A stretch of DNA of 64,000 nucleotides, taken from Xylographa opegraphella. Lineage: Eukaryota. The DNA lies in contig JALDZX010000031.1 in the NCBI GenBank assembly GCA_022813865.1, forward strand, positions 1-64,000, given 5' to 3'. Each line of letters opens with the position of its first letter. Position 1 is the first letter of the stretch. Positions 37,415-49,436 of the stretch are shown piece by piece. A program made the translations under genes and the position numbers. Below the pieces are notes generated by a model. That model did no database searches. It was not told the DNA's origin and was given only the letters and a program-made list of their open reading frames with translations.

Positions 37415-38715
37415 ATGGCCGCCTCTCTCCAAACGGCAACGGCCTCTGTGTCAAGGTCACTGTTCTCGTCTAGTGCCTTTACCTGTTTATATGCGTCCTC
37501 CCGCCAACGTCTACCGGCGGCAGCTTCTCGACAATCCTGGTCAGCTTCAACGCGGCAATATTCCCTGCAATCGAGCTCCGTGTCTGCGCGAACGACAACC
37601 GCGAAAGGCGGGCGATCGGTATGGCAATGCCCTCGGCTAGACCGGAGCTCTGAGTCTACATATCAACATCCTGTTGGCTCTGGGCGCAGGGGCTACAAGA
37701 CTGTGCAGGAGATGCGGTCGAAATACAAGTTCGGCGTACGTTTCCCAAGCAATTTCGCCGCTCCAAATTCCATACTGGCTAAAGTCTTTCCCATATTACC
37801 CTCGCTGATTGTTGCCCTGCGCTTCTAGCCGTTCTCCGTCGTCTCTGTGGCGGTATTCCTGACCACAGGTATCGGCATGATATACTATTTCCGATCTGAA
37901 AAGGAGCGAATGGAGAGACAGCGAATCGCCGAGGCGTCCAAGGGGGTGGGAAAGCCCAAGGTCGGAGGCAAATTCGAGCTTGTGGATCAGGATGGGAAGA
38001 AGTGGAGCAGTGAGGAGCAAATGAAGGGTCGCTTTTCGCTGGTGAGTGGATCCGTGCGGCTTGCCGGAGGACGACGAGACGGGGCACCGAGTCCGGTGAA
38101 GCAGTCGAACATCTCCGAACCTGGACCGACTCGATTCGCTACGCGCTGACTGACCGAACCCGCTGCGCCTCTAGGTCTACTTCGGCTTCACCCACTGCCC
38201 AGACATCTGCCCGGAAGAGCTCGACAAGATGGCGCAAATGCTGGACCTCGTCTCCGTCGCGCTGCCGCCGAGCTCGCCCTCCAACCCCACCCTCCTCCCC
38301 ATCTTCATCACCTGCGATCCAGCCCGCGACACTCCCCCGGTGCTGAAATCGTACCTCCAAGAATTCCACCCCCGCATGATCGGCTTGACGGGCACGTGGG
38401 AGCAGATCAAGGCCGTGTGCAAGATGTACCGGGTGTACTTCAGCACGCCGGAGGGCGTCAAGCCCGGGATGGACTATCTCGTCGACCACAGTATCTACTT
38501 TTACTTGATGGGTACGTTTGCTCTTTCCCCCCCTGAGATCCTTGCGATGAAGGAATGAATCGGCTCGGAGGTGAGCTGACTGTTGATGCTTGCCACCTTT
38601 TGCAGACCCGGAAGGCGACTTCATCGAAGCTATTGGCCGTACGCACAGCGCCGAGAAGGCGGCAAGGATTATTGGCGAGCATATGTCGGATTGGAAGGGG
38701 AAGATCACGAAATGA
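37415..38715 (+). CDS. SCO1: Mitochondrial copper chaperone Sco1, 4 exons
   Basis: Presequence-like N-terminus, one TM helix, GKPKVGGKFELVDQ, YFGFTHCPDICPEEL (CxxxC) and DYLVDHSIYFYLMDPEG. Introns at about 37736-37828, 38042-38174 and 38512-38605. Confidence 0.95.
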
Positions 38716-39730
38716 GGGAGGTGGGTATGGTATCGCAAACGTGGTTATTGTAGAACTCTGCATAGCGAAAGGGGGGGGAAGGGGGTATTATGGGGTTATC
38801 ATTAGAATAGTTTGGGATCAGAGCTCGCTCCTCTCCACACACATTGTGCTTTAGAATCGAGTCATCCGCTCTTTTGCATTTCCATCTACCCTGACGTGTC
38901 ATGTGCGACTGGTGTATGACTTGCTTTGCCTTACGCTTCTTCGACGAATGCTTCTTATTCGCAAGTGTAATCATATTTCGCTGTTGAAGCCACCCGGGTC
39001 ACGTTGCACATGACCCTGCGCAGAGAATTTCAAGCAAAGCATTTACAATATTTGTAGGTAATATATAGATTATAATATATGCCCCTAAACTCGTGAACGT
39101 GACATACTGTGCTCAGGGCTCCGGAACCAATTCGTAAGCAGGTAAACCATAATAAAATATACTCCATCATATGGCCAAGTCACAGAGCATAGCACGTCGA
39201 GCTCAGAAAACCATCCTATGTAGCAGCGAAAATTTGCTCAAGAATTGAAAAGGCAACCCAGCTCCGAACGCCGGCCTAAGAGATTTCCTCTCACAAAAAC
39301 ATTTCTGCCAAACCGTCGTATCGCTTTCCAACCGAATGGGATAAGGGACGAGTCTCTTTTTTTTTTTTGGGTGGCGTCGTCACCTTGCTCATAACCTTTT
39401 TATCTCCGGCCTTTTTCTCATGATGCTGTCCGTTTCATAATTTGCAGGACCACTGTTCAAATCAAGAAGTGACCCTGAATATCTCCTCACCTTCAATAGA
39501 ATTGATTTCACACCTCCAAGTTTTCACAGTGTTCGATGTAGTAATGGAGACGGAACTAATATACCCGTCACAGCGGTAGTCACCAGATCTCAAATCCATT
39601 TGCGCCATCGAATTATCCCTCTGATGCGCAGGGCCTTTTCGTAAATTGGTTCTATGTTACGGGCAACAACCAACCTCTGCCAAGGGAGGACAAAAGAGCA
39701 ACAGGACGAGGGGAAAAGAGAAGAGGCCGA

Positions 39731-40860
39731 CTACTTTCGCTGATCGGTGTAGATGGTGACCTTTTGCTTTATGCCTTGCCCATGGACGTACGAGACAAAG
39801 TTCTGCGTCTTGCCTGGTGTGACGGCGAGCTGCGTCCAGTCCGCCAGCTGCGGTGCGTTGGTCAAGGACTCGAGCGAGTTACCTCCGTCCTGTGTGATGG
39901 TAAGGCGCTGGAGGACCTTATTGCTGTCACAAAAGTATAGGTACAGGCGCTCTGTGCCCTGAGCGTCGAGCGCTGTGCAAGCTGCCATTGGGGTCTTTTT
40001 GCGTGCGATCTTGGTGTCCTTGGGGTTGGACTCTGGAACGAGGACAGTGAAGTCAGCAACTCATGCTCCTTCGTAAACCTGGGGAATTGGCACATGTCTT
40101 ATGCGACTAACGGTTCAAGTGTCACCAAGGTACTAGGATGGAGGGTATGGGGATGATTGAGAGTGTACGCACCATTTCCGGCCTCGACGTCCAACATTTT
40201 GATCGTGCCGTTCTGGAAGAAGACGAGCCGCTTGCCAGTGCTCCAGCACGTGGCGGCAAGGTAGGTGTCGACGTCCGGTTTCGATCCGAGGGTCACTGGG
40301 TCTGAGGAGCCGTCGAGAGCATACTCTGCAATGGTGGTGCCGTCCATGCCATCGTCTCTGCTAGATCGTAAGTCCTAAGCCGCATCGCTACAGTTCGGTC
40401 GCTGTCGCTGTCACGGTGGGGATGGGGGAAAGGTAAGTACGTACGCCAAGTAGTATAGCCACGCGTTTTCGTCATTCACGGCGCCAGCCAGGGAAGGTGC
40501 TTGGTCAATCCGAATGGGGTGCTTGAGAGGTTCGACTGTTGGGCTGAGACGCTTCAGCATAGCTTCCTCGCCGCTGGTGATGCCGTAGACATTGATCTAA
40601 CGCGTGACGGTCGGCTCAGGCAAGCAGCATCGAATCGGAGAAGTAACACATACGAGTCCCTGGTATTGCAATGACACGATCGAGGACGGATTTCGTAAAA
40701 TCCCAGTCTGCTTTCCCATCTTGACCCATATCAGGTCTGCTGGCTTCTGGGGATTCTTTCTCTGAGCGAGCACTAGGTCGCCGCTGTCGTTGTTCCAGAA
40801 AGTCATGAGCTCATCCTGACTGGGAAGCAGCGGGTTGAGCAGAGTGGTAATAGCAGCCAT
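39731..40860 (-). CDS. Uncharacterised protein of about 282 aa, beta-rich, possibly a fungal fucose-lectin-like beta-propeller, no signal peptide, 4 exons
   Basis: Frame-consistent GT-AG introns at 40597-40653, 40361-40444 and 40033-40172. Repeating blade-like motifs (PSLAGAV..AWLYYL, TYLAATC..RLVFFQ, TPMAAC..RLYLYF, TQLAVT..NFVSYV). The fold is inferred. Confidence 0.7.
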
Positions 40861-42128
40861 GTTCGGCTCACCTGTGTTACATGATGGAAAGGGTGAGGAA
40901 GTGGGAGAGGAGGAAAGAGAGAGAACTTGAAGCAGACTAGTCTTTTGTGTTCGTCGGATGGATTGCAAGGAAAGTGAGCAAGTATGGGTAGTCAGACGGC
41001 TCCCTCCCCGTCCTCTTTGCGAGGTTTAAATAGCTCAGGAAGCTGCCCATGATCGGTACGTGCGTAGAGTACACAATGGGAGCGTGAGGCCAGCCATCGA
41101 GTCAGACCACGCCTCAAGCCTCTCGATAGAGCCAGCTGAGCGCAGGATGAGTCTGGACCTTGAAGCGCAGAGGGCCTTTGTGCCGCCCAGCCGAGGGCAG
41201 ATAGTTTTTGAATCGTCGTTTAGATCTGTAGCTAAATAAGGTAGGCATCAAGAAGCTGGCCAGACCTCGCTCAGAAATACTTTACTCAGCTAGTTGCTTT
41301 GCGTACGGTATAGTATTAGAGTTAAGAATTGTTTAGTGGCGTTAGCATGCCACGTGTGCTCCAAATTGGGCGAATAGAATAATGAATATCGCTTCAGCAT
41401 GGCCTTGTCACGAAGCCACACATCTTATTCTAAAAGGCTATAGTTGCTCTTTTGTTTCGCCAGTCTGTAGTTTCTTCCTGTTCAGCTCTTTATCAGACCT
41501 CTTCATCGAACAACCAGCACGTCTTTGGAGACAATCACATCTTTCCCCACAGAGTCGCCACCGACTCATCAGTTGGGCCCTTCTGCACTGTGAAGAGCTG
41601 CGCTCGCCTACCTCGGTTCGTGAAAAAAGTCCCTATTCTAGCAGCAATGGAGCAGCCTTCGCTCCAAAACTCCCTTTATTCCTTAGGAAAAGCCCCGCGT
41701 ATCGTTTGAGTAGAGGAGAAGTAGCTCGAGCGCGAATTAAAAGGGGAAAGCCCCACCAAAACGACGCTAAATGTAAATTTCAAGCTAGTAACAGATCGTC
41801 GGATGGGCTGAACGAACCGTGCAGGAACGCCGTGCGGGAACACCCCGCAACAACATCGTCTCCCACCCTCCTCAGATGGCCGGATCTGGTAGCACTTGTC
41901 TTAGCTTATTCTTTTCTTTTTAACGTGGCTTTCCTTCTAGATCACAGCCCAGCTCCTGTTCTCCCTGGGTGGCTGCATCACGCTGCGTTTACCTCAGCTC
42001 GCCTCGTGCTTCGCGTAGCGTACCTAGTCGAGGTCAATATGTGAAATGGCCTGCTAAAGCTTTCATGTGCTCGAATGCGGGCTAACGTCCTCTCTGCGTG
42101 AGGGTCTCGGTTTTGCGGAGCCCCAATC

Positions 42129-42972
42129 ATGACAGCCGCTCTTGGAGCTCTACTGTGGTCGGCATATGGCGGGGTATCAAACTGGTTCTCTCCATGGTGC
42201 AGGCATCCAAAATCTTCAGTACACCATCTACTTCTACAACTGATTTCACTGTTGTCCATACCATTTTTCTGTCCTACCAACGCCTTCTCACTCTACCAAC
42301 AGCACCTCTCGTGTCCAAACCAAGCCAGTGGCTACTACTGCCAGCGGCTCCGCCCCCAAAGACCCAGAGCTCGCCAATATTGGGACCGTCACAACTCCCG
42401 TGGAGGTCGGGAACACCTTGACCGTGTCCTCGGAATTTGCCGACACGGCTCCTCTGGAGATCAGATGGCAGCAGAGTTTCAGGGAAAGGTCCGACACGTA
42501 CTACCAAGTCGCGTACACCAACACCAGCAAGAGTGAGTCTCTCGAACAGCCTTCCTTCTGACATGCCTCTAACCAATCGTTGCAGGTAACGCCAAATACT
42601 ACCTCTTCATCTCCTCGGGCAAACTCGAGGACTTCCGCAAGCTCGACACGGCCAATGGTGCGGAAGGCAAGATCACGTTCAACGTGACTGCAGACTTCCA
42701 GTATGGGCAGAAGGATAAGTCGGGCAAGAACCGCTTCCTGGTGTACCACGAACGTGATCGGGCTATTATAATGCAGGTACGTCATCCGCGAAGCCTGTTA
42801 CATGATCAGCTCGCTTGGTACAGAACACTAACGTCGCATCCTTCAGCATCGCTTCGTCGCAGCCGCATGGCTCAGATACGGCAACATGGCGGGAGGCTTC
42901 ATCGATAACTTGCCCGGCGGCTTGGACGCCACAAAGATGTTGGAAACGATGAACAAGTACGTTGCACCTTAG
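42129..42972 (+). CDS. Uncharacterised protein of about 200 aa (beta-rich core, amphipathic C-terminal helix); 5' end uncertain
   Basis: Codon-biased exons joined by GT-AG introns at 42533-42585 and 42777-42846, giving ...ITFNVTADFQYGQKDKSGKNRFLVYHERDRAIIMQHRFV.... The first exon and start are tentative. Confidence 0.65.
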
Positions 42973-43326
42973 GCACGCAGGTGCAAGTGCCCATGCACTT
43001 GCTCAGACTACCTTACCTCAAGCTGTGACTAAGGTAAGCACACTATAGGTATTTATAAGGGACTGCAGCTTTCTTTAGTCGAACCAATTCTTTTATGAAT
43101 CACACCTTAATCAACCCGTCGTCACGTGTTGCGACAGGCTTGGGGCATATATATACAAATCATTTTTCCTCCCTTGGCAATAAGCTCTGCCCGCGCCCTT
43201 CCCCACCCACCAAAAATCTATTTTTAAACCAACCCACAAGACCGGAACCCATAAAACCCCATCACTCATATACATCATCTCCCATCCCTTCACCCCCCAT
43301 CCCACGCGCCCAAACGGCCAAACCAC

Positions 43327-45845
43327 CTACGCCCTCCCCCCGGGCACAACCATCTCCCCACTCCCCGGCCTCTTCAAGCGATCGATACCCAGATGCTCCA
43401 CGCCATCCCGGCCGACATAGACGCCGAACGCGTACCGCGGAACCTGGCCCTCGCCGCGCGGGACGCTGAGCAGGCGCGTGACGAGGTCGGTCTTCGTGCG
43501 GGGTTCGCGGAAGGCGGCGTCGGCGGTCATGCGGCTCTGGTAGACGAAGCTGATGATGTCGCCGACGGTGCGGATGTCGTGCGGCAGGTAGTGCTTCGGC
43601 CCGGGCCACAGCGCGAGGAAGGAGAGCGCGTACACGAGGACGAAGACCACGAGCGCGTAGTACGCCGGCATGGAGGCCACCTCGCGCACGTCCTGCGCCG
43701 GCACGTTGAACTCGGCGGTGAAGAGCCCGCCCGCGAGCACGGGCAGCGTGATGGATAGGAGGCTGACGAAGGAGATCCATGCGACGCGGTAGTGGCCCGC
43801 GAGCGCGGCGCGGAGGCTGACTTCGAGGGGGAGGTAGGCGGGGTAGCAGAGCAGGAGGGACTGTTCGGCAGTGGCGCCGCGGGGGTCGGCGAGGCGGGCG
43901 AAGGGTTCGAGAGCGCGGTAGTAGGTGTCGATGGGTTGCCAGGCCAGGAAGAGGAACATGCCGATGAGGGACGGGATGAAGCTGTACAAGAAGTTGGCGG
44001 GCGAGAAGCCGAGGGCTGTGGTTGGAGCGGGGAGAAGCGGCAGGAAGCCGAACGAGACAGCTTGGTGCACGAAGCTGGCGATGAGGAAAGCGGTTGTGAG
44101 TACAAAAGCCATGACCAGCCAGAGGATCCACCACGTTTCGCGCAGAAACCACGGTGTCCATCGATAGCGTACCGCTGGAGAGTGGACGTCTATTTGGAGG
44201 GACTCAATGGTCAGGCCCTTGTTCGGCTGCTGGCTTTCGAGATCGATGATTTGAGGGCTCCGTTTTTGGGCCTCTTGCCTATGTCTCTCCAGAGCTGAGG
44301 CGTGGTCTTCGCCAATGGCATAGAAAATGTCGCTGGGTCGGTTCGAGGGCCGCCAGTAGCCTAGACTGGCAGGCCGAGATCTGATCGGTACGGCTTGAAC
44401 TTCAGAGCCGTGGAAATTGGAGGCCAGATTCGATCGTCGAAGGAGGACAAAGATGTCTGCGAGTGAGGTGGGGTCCCACTTCAGACCTGTCGGACGGGTT
44501 GCAAGTCGTAACGCTAATAGCATGAGGGCAACCAACAATAACCAATACAAAACAATCAAAACCCACGCCACCGGTTGAACCGTAGTCCACATCCAGACAC
44601 CGTCGTTCGTATCCAGGTATAACCGAGTCTGGAAAACACAACTTAACAAGGGTATCGTAAAAACATTTAGCCAGAATATCAATGAACAAAGACCAAGTAT
44701 AGGCTCCTTGTGTTTAAAAGAGGAGAGATTAGGTGTCAGATAATTGGTCAAAAACAGTGAAACATCATCCAAAGCTCCCGTATGTTGTGGGCCTCTTGCT
44801 GATGCGAGTAAAGTAAATGGTAGAATACGCTGCAGCGCAGCCTGTACGGCGAATAGCCACAACAGAATAAACGCTCCAAGTATTTGCGGAACGAATTCGA
44901 AAAGATTATAGCGGTTGGTTCCTAAACCGTCATACGGCCAAAGGCCGTTGTGTTTTGCTGCCCAGACACTCGAGACCATAAGGAGTGCTATCATTATCAA
45001 ACAGCACACCATCAATCCAACCAAAGAGAGTAGTCGTAGAGGGCCGGGAATGTAATTAAGAGAAGGAAATCTGAAACTGTCTTCAGGTGGTCGTGCAGGG
45101 ACAAGGTTGTCGTCTACATCTACAACAGATTAGAGAGCGCCTGTACGTTATTTCGGGTTTTCTAACTTACGTTCTGGCTCCAGGGGAGAAACAGGCGGCT
45201 CGAGAATCTGGTCACTTCCGCCTTGGTACGCTTGAGGCACTATTTGGTGGGCATGGTTTGGCTCAAAAAGGACCTCATGAAAATCCTCGTCGATGGGCGA
45301 CACGTCCCCATCAGAAACACCAACTCGTCTTCGTCCCGTCAACTCTTCGTCTCGTGTCAACTGATCGATTGCGAATTGGATGTATGGAGTGTCGTCAACT
45401 CCAGGCGTCGGAGGGCTGACATCGCTTTTGGTTGACTTCCATGTCTTCATATTGCCCATAGCAGCGGTATCGGTGTTGGTTCTATCCTTCTCGACAAATT
45501 TGATGCTTTTCGATGTCGTGTCAATCGCTGGGAGTTCTTTCCGTCTCGGCGATGTCGTTCCGGATCTTAGGAGATCCCTGCTTGGATGCGGGGAGTGCAT
45601 CTGTGAGGGTGGTGTTCCGTATCGTACAATTGCGGCGGGATCATCACCACTAGAGGGCTCCGAAGCAGGTTCGGATAACGAGTAGTAGTCATCAGATGCA
45701 GTAACAGATCGTTTGGAATCACTATGTAGAAGCTGTGGTCTACTAGCTGGTCGATGGTCAGCAGCCTACCTCATGCAACCGACCGGCGGAGAATATTCAA
45801 GAACTTACTATTCACGAATTTCAAATGTGCATCACCTAAGTTCAT
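43327..45845 (-). CDS. Multi-pass membrane protein, DUF3433-type, 3 exons
   Basis: Many TM segments with TGLKWDPTSLAD, WQPIDTYYRALEPF and DDTPYIQFAIDQLTRDE motifs. Introns at about 45746-45808 and 45120-45170. Start MNLGDAH. Confidence 0.8.
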
Positions 45846-46219
45846 CGCGCTCGGAGAACAAGAACAGTGTACAATTACAAGATAGTATAATATGAAGGTA
45901 GGCAAGTGCCAGAGGCACCGTTCTTCTTGGATACATAGTGCGCACTGGATCGTGAAGACTGTCCTGTTCCGAAGGCTGGACGCGGCGGAGGAGGCGGGGC
46001 TGGGAAAAGATGCCGATCATTCAGCCTTACGGATTACTGAGCGCATTCAGTCTCCAGACTACTTTACTCCTCGTAACTGCCCACTTCGCGGTGCGACAAC
46101 AAGAACTCTTGCTCCGTACACATTATCATTGTTCTCATAATAGCAAGGTGATATCGTCATTGGTCTTCACCATGTTGCTTTATTAAAATGATACAAGTCG
46201 CAGATGAATAGCCATCATC

Positions 46220-47668
46220 ATGCTTCTCGATCTACCTTCCGAGATCTTGAACAGCATCTTGCGTTACTTCGATGTTGATGATCCTGCCATTGATAATATC
46301 TCCAACTCCTGCAAGTTCTTGCACTCTCTTCTAGACAAGTCTATCGAGGACCACCTAGACAAGAAGTTTTCGAGAAAGTTAAGCATATTTGGTGATCAGG
46401 ACAAATCAACAGATCCTTTTCGGGCATTACGCAAAATTCTGTCGCGTCCACGTCTTGCATTTCACTTCACCCATCTCCGGATAGATCCACTCGAGACATA
46501 CTCTATCGTCAAACGAGAAGACCCCTGGACCGGTCGGCTGACAGACTTTGGAGAGCTATCGGAGCGGGATAACGTCAAATGTTTCTATCATGCCCTCCGA
46601 CACCTGATTTTCCGGTCCCAGTATATTGCAGATCTGAGCGAAGAGGCATTGTTTGAAGGTGTAAAGAGAGCGTACAAGGCTTGGTGGAACATAGCTGAAC
46701 ACACCGAGACATATTCTATAGCAGCCGCCTTAACTCATCGTGTCTGGGTGGCCTCGATCGTGCTCCTTCTTATCACCCTGCCGGGACTTCAGAGCATGAG
46801 AGTCAGTGCTAAATGCCATGACCGGACCTTTAATAACATTGTCATTCAGCTGGGACAATTGAGTCGTGATTCTCCGAAGTCGCGTTATCGGCCGCTCGGA
46901 AATCTCTCGATGTTCCATAGTACTTTGGTGGATTGGCGGGATCACCCGCTTATTGGTATCAAACCCTTGATCTCTTTAATTCCTTTTGCAATGTTACCAA
47001 CTATGCTCGTGCTGAGTGCCACTGTGTTCGAGGAAGAAAGCGTCTATTACCTGTGGCCCAATGACTTTCAGGCTTCAATGGTGACAATTCTTAACTTAAA
47101 CTTTTGTAGGCTTTCTATAGGGACTCTGGCTATATTTCTGGGCCGCTTCAGCTCGCTGAGATCTTTCAGGTGCTGCTTTGTAGTGAGAGACAGAGGAAAA
47201 AAGGTCACCCAGAGTCTTTCCTCCGTGCGCCTTGCTCTACTGAAGGCTGCAACTGCTACGCTGGAGTGTCTGACCATCGATACACATGATGACCGACTGG
47301 ATGGAAGATTCGACTACATCGGCCCACTTTGTGGTTTCGAGGTCCTGAGAACGATTTCTCTGGATGTGGAGTTGTTAGTCCACGATGGTAAATTTCTGCC
47401 GCCAGCAGATATGCTGCCGAGCTCTGTCGAGGTCCTGCGAGTCGGTGTGAATTCCACCAGCCAACAATTCCACAATTTCCCAGAACTCCACTCAGACGAC
47501 TTTCCCGCCTTGCGCGAAGTGACTACGTATCACAGGATCATCGACAATGTTTATGCCCCTCAGTTCGTGACCAATGAAGGAGCAAGGACGAGACTCGCCG
47601 CTGAACGATGCGAGACCTGTCACACCGTGGCTGGGGAGTGGCGGATGCTTAGCTGTATTGACGGCTAA
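46220..47668 (+). CDS. F-box domain protein with LRR-like C-terminal region
   Basis: N-terminal LLDLPSEILNSILRYF. LxxL-type repeats (LPGLQSM, FSSLRSF, TLECLTI, FEVLRTISL, LPSSVEVL, FPALREV). Intronless, 482 aa. Confidence 0.75.
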   Translation: MLLDLPSEILNSILRYFDVDDPAIDNISNSCKFLHSLLDKSIEDHLDKKFSRKLSIFGDQDKSTDPFRALRKILSRPRLAFHFTHLRIDPLETYSIVKREDPWTGRLTDFGELSERDNVKCFYHALRHLIFRSQYIADLSEEALFEGVKRAYKAWWNIAEHTETYSIAAALTHRVWVASIVLLLITLPGLQSMRVSAKCHDRTFNNIVIQLGQLSRDSPKSRYRPLGNLSMFHSTLVDWRDHPLIGIKPLISLIPFAMLPTMLVLSATVFEEESVYYLWPNDFQASMVTILNLNFCRLSIGTLAIFLGRFSSLRSFRCCFVVRDRGKKVTQSLSSVRLALLKAATATLECLTIDTHDDRLDGRFDYIGPLCGFEVLRTISLDVELLVHDGKFLPPADMLPSSVEVLRVGVNSTSQQFHNFPELHSDDFPALREVTTYHRIIDNVYAPQFVTNEGARTRLAAERCETCHTVAGEWRMLSCIDG

Positions 47669-49436
47669 GCTGCGATAATGAATCTTATTTCTCAAGAATT
47701 GCTATGCGAGCTGCGATTTACTGTGCATGATGTGCTGAGATCAGAAAGATTCTTCTCAGATTCTGCGAGAGTGTATGCGTCCCGGAAATTGGACCTCGTG
47801 CTGAGACGCAAATATGCGTCATGCTGAGGCCTACGCTGGTCGAGATAGCATCGGGTGGATAGCAAGGCCGGTAGACTTCCGCTGATGGACTTCATATTCG
47901 GAGGATTGGGAGCCAGGAATGGAGCCGCTTAGACCCGTAACAGCCGGAGGATCGAACTCTGAATACATATCGTAGATTAAGAATCAAAATACGTCCTTCC
48001 ATTCACACCGCTCCTCCATAGACAATTCAAATGTTGTTTCCGTAGCATCTATATGCTGCCACATTGTTTTGATGCTGCGTCTATCAATGCTCCGAGACAC
48101 GGGTTTGGCTGACGATGCGGGGACAACAAATGGGCCGGGATGCGCAAGTAGGAAAAGTAGGAGGCTGGCCGATCCCCATCTGATTAACCAGTTGTGCACT
48201 CATTCTGAGTATCAGTCGTGTCCTCCATCTCTTGTCCGACACGGCTTTGCAACTCCAAGTGACTGTGTCGAGGCAAATCACTGACGGTAATGACGAGAGC
48301 GACATCCCTTGGGAGGTTCGATCATTCTCAAACGCGTCTCTCTCCATCTCATCTGGCTTTCCCAAGACCGATTGCACCATCCAAGCAGCAAGTACCATGT
48401 CAGATGCAGGTCCGAATTACCCCAGGCTTGCAGCGCTGCTACCAAAAATCCTAATCGAAGGGCCCGACCCGTATGGATGATCCACGTTGTTTGCCCGTGT
48501 ACCATGTCACCTCCCGGCCAGTGACGATGTTCCGCATAGTTACAGCCGCAGTACCTGCAGGCAGAGAATGAAAGCTATTGGTTGAACTCTTTTGAGATCT
48601 GAATACGAGAACAAGCTGGCGTTGTTTGTTTGACTGGGGAATACCGGCCAGGCCGGAGGAGAACGATGGGCCTTCGTTGCAAGAGACGGTGGGGAATCCA
48701 TCATTGTACTACGAAGCCATTCACTTCCCCGTGCAGAACCCCAAAGTCGCTCTTTCCCTTTCGAGAGCCGTTGTTTTCTCCAGTCACATCGGCAGAATTT
48801 CTCTTCACCGTCACTCGTTCCATCTTGCGAGCACCGTCAGCGGACCTTTTCCTACAGCCCTTTCCTACAGTCCTCTGTCAACCTCGAGATTCTATTGTTA
48901 TAAACTCATATCCTTAGCCCGCGTACGCCAGAACCTAGGTGCAGATTACCCAGATTGTGGGATACAGTCTTCCGCCGATGCTGTGGAAAGCTAGCACTTC
49001 GTAAGCATGGCCCTCTTGATTCCATATATTACGTGACATATGCCACTACTTTATAACCGGTTCGGCGCACGGTATGGGTAAAAACTGTGTTCAATCGAAT
49101 GTCATTGTGGCTTGAAACTACACTCCGATGGATTGCAGGTCGACAGCACTATCAACGTGCTAGGTGGGCGAATGCCTTGAGATTCGAGACTGGCAGGAGT
49201 GATCATTGGAACGGACTTCGTCTAGATCCACCCAAAGACAGGCTTTCTTCAGCGCGAAGCCCTTCAACACTGTAATTCGGATGTTGTTCGGATTTCTTGT
49301 GCCCTGGATCTCTTGCCGAAGCGTGCATCGAATTCACCTGACACTATGATTCATAACCTCACTGCTGACTATTCAATAACCATTCCTCCAGAACTTCCGA
49401 ATTGCAGCTTCGACAGAGATATTTCCGGACACCGAC

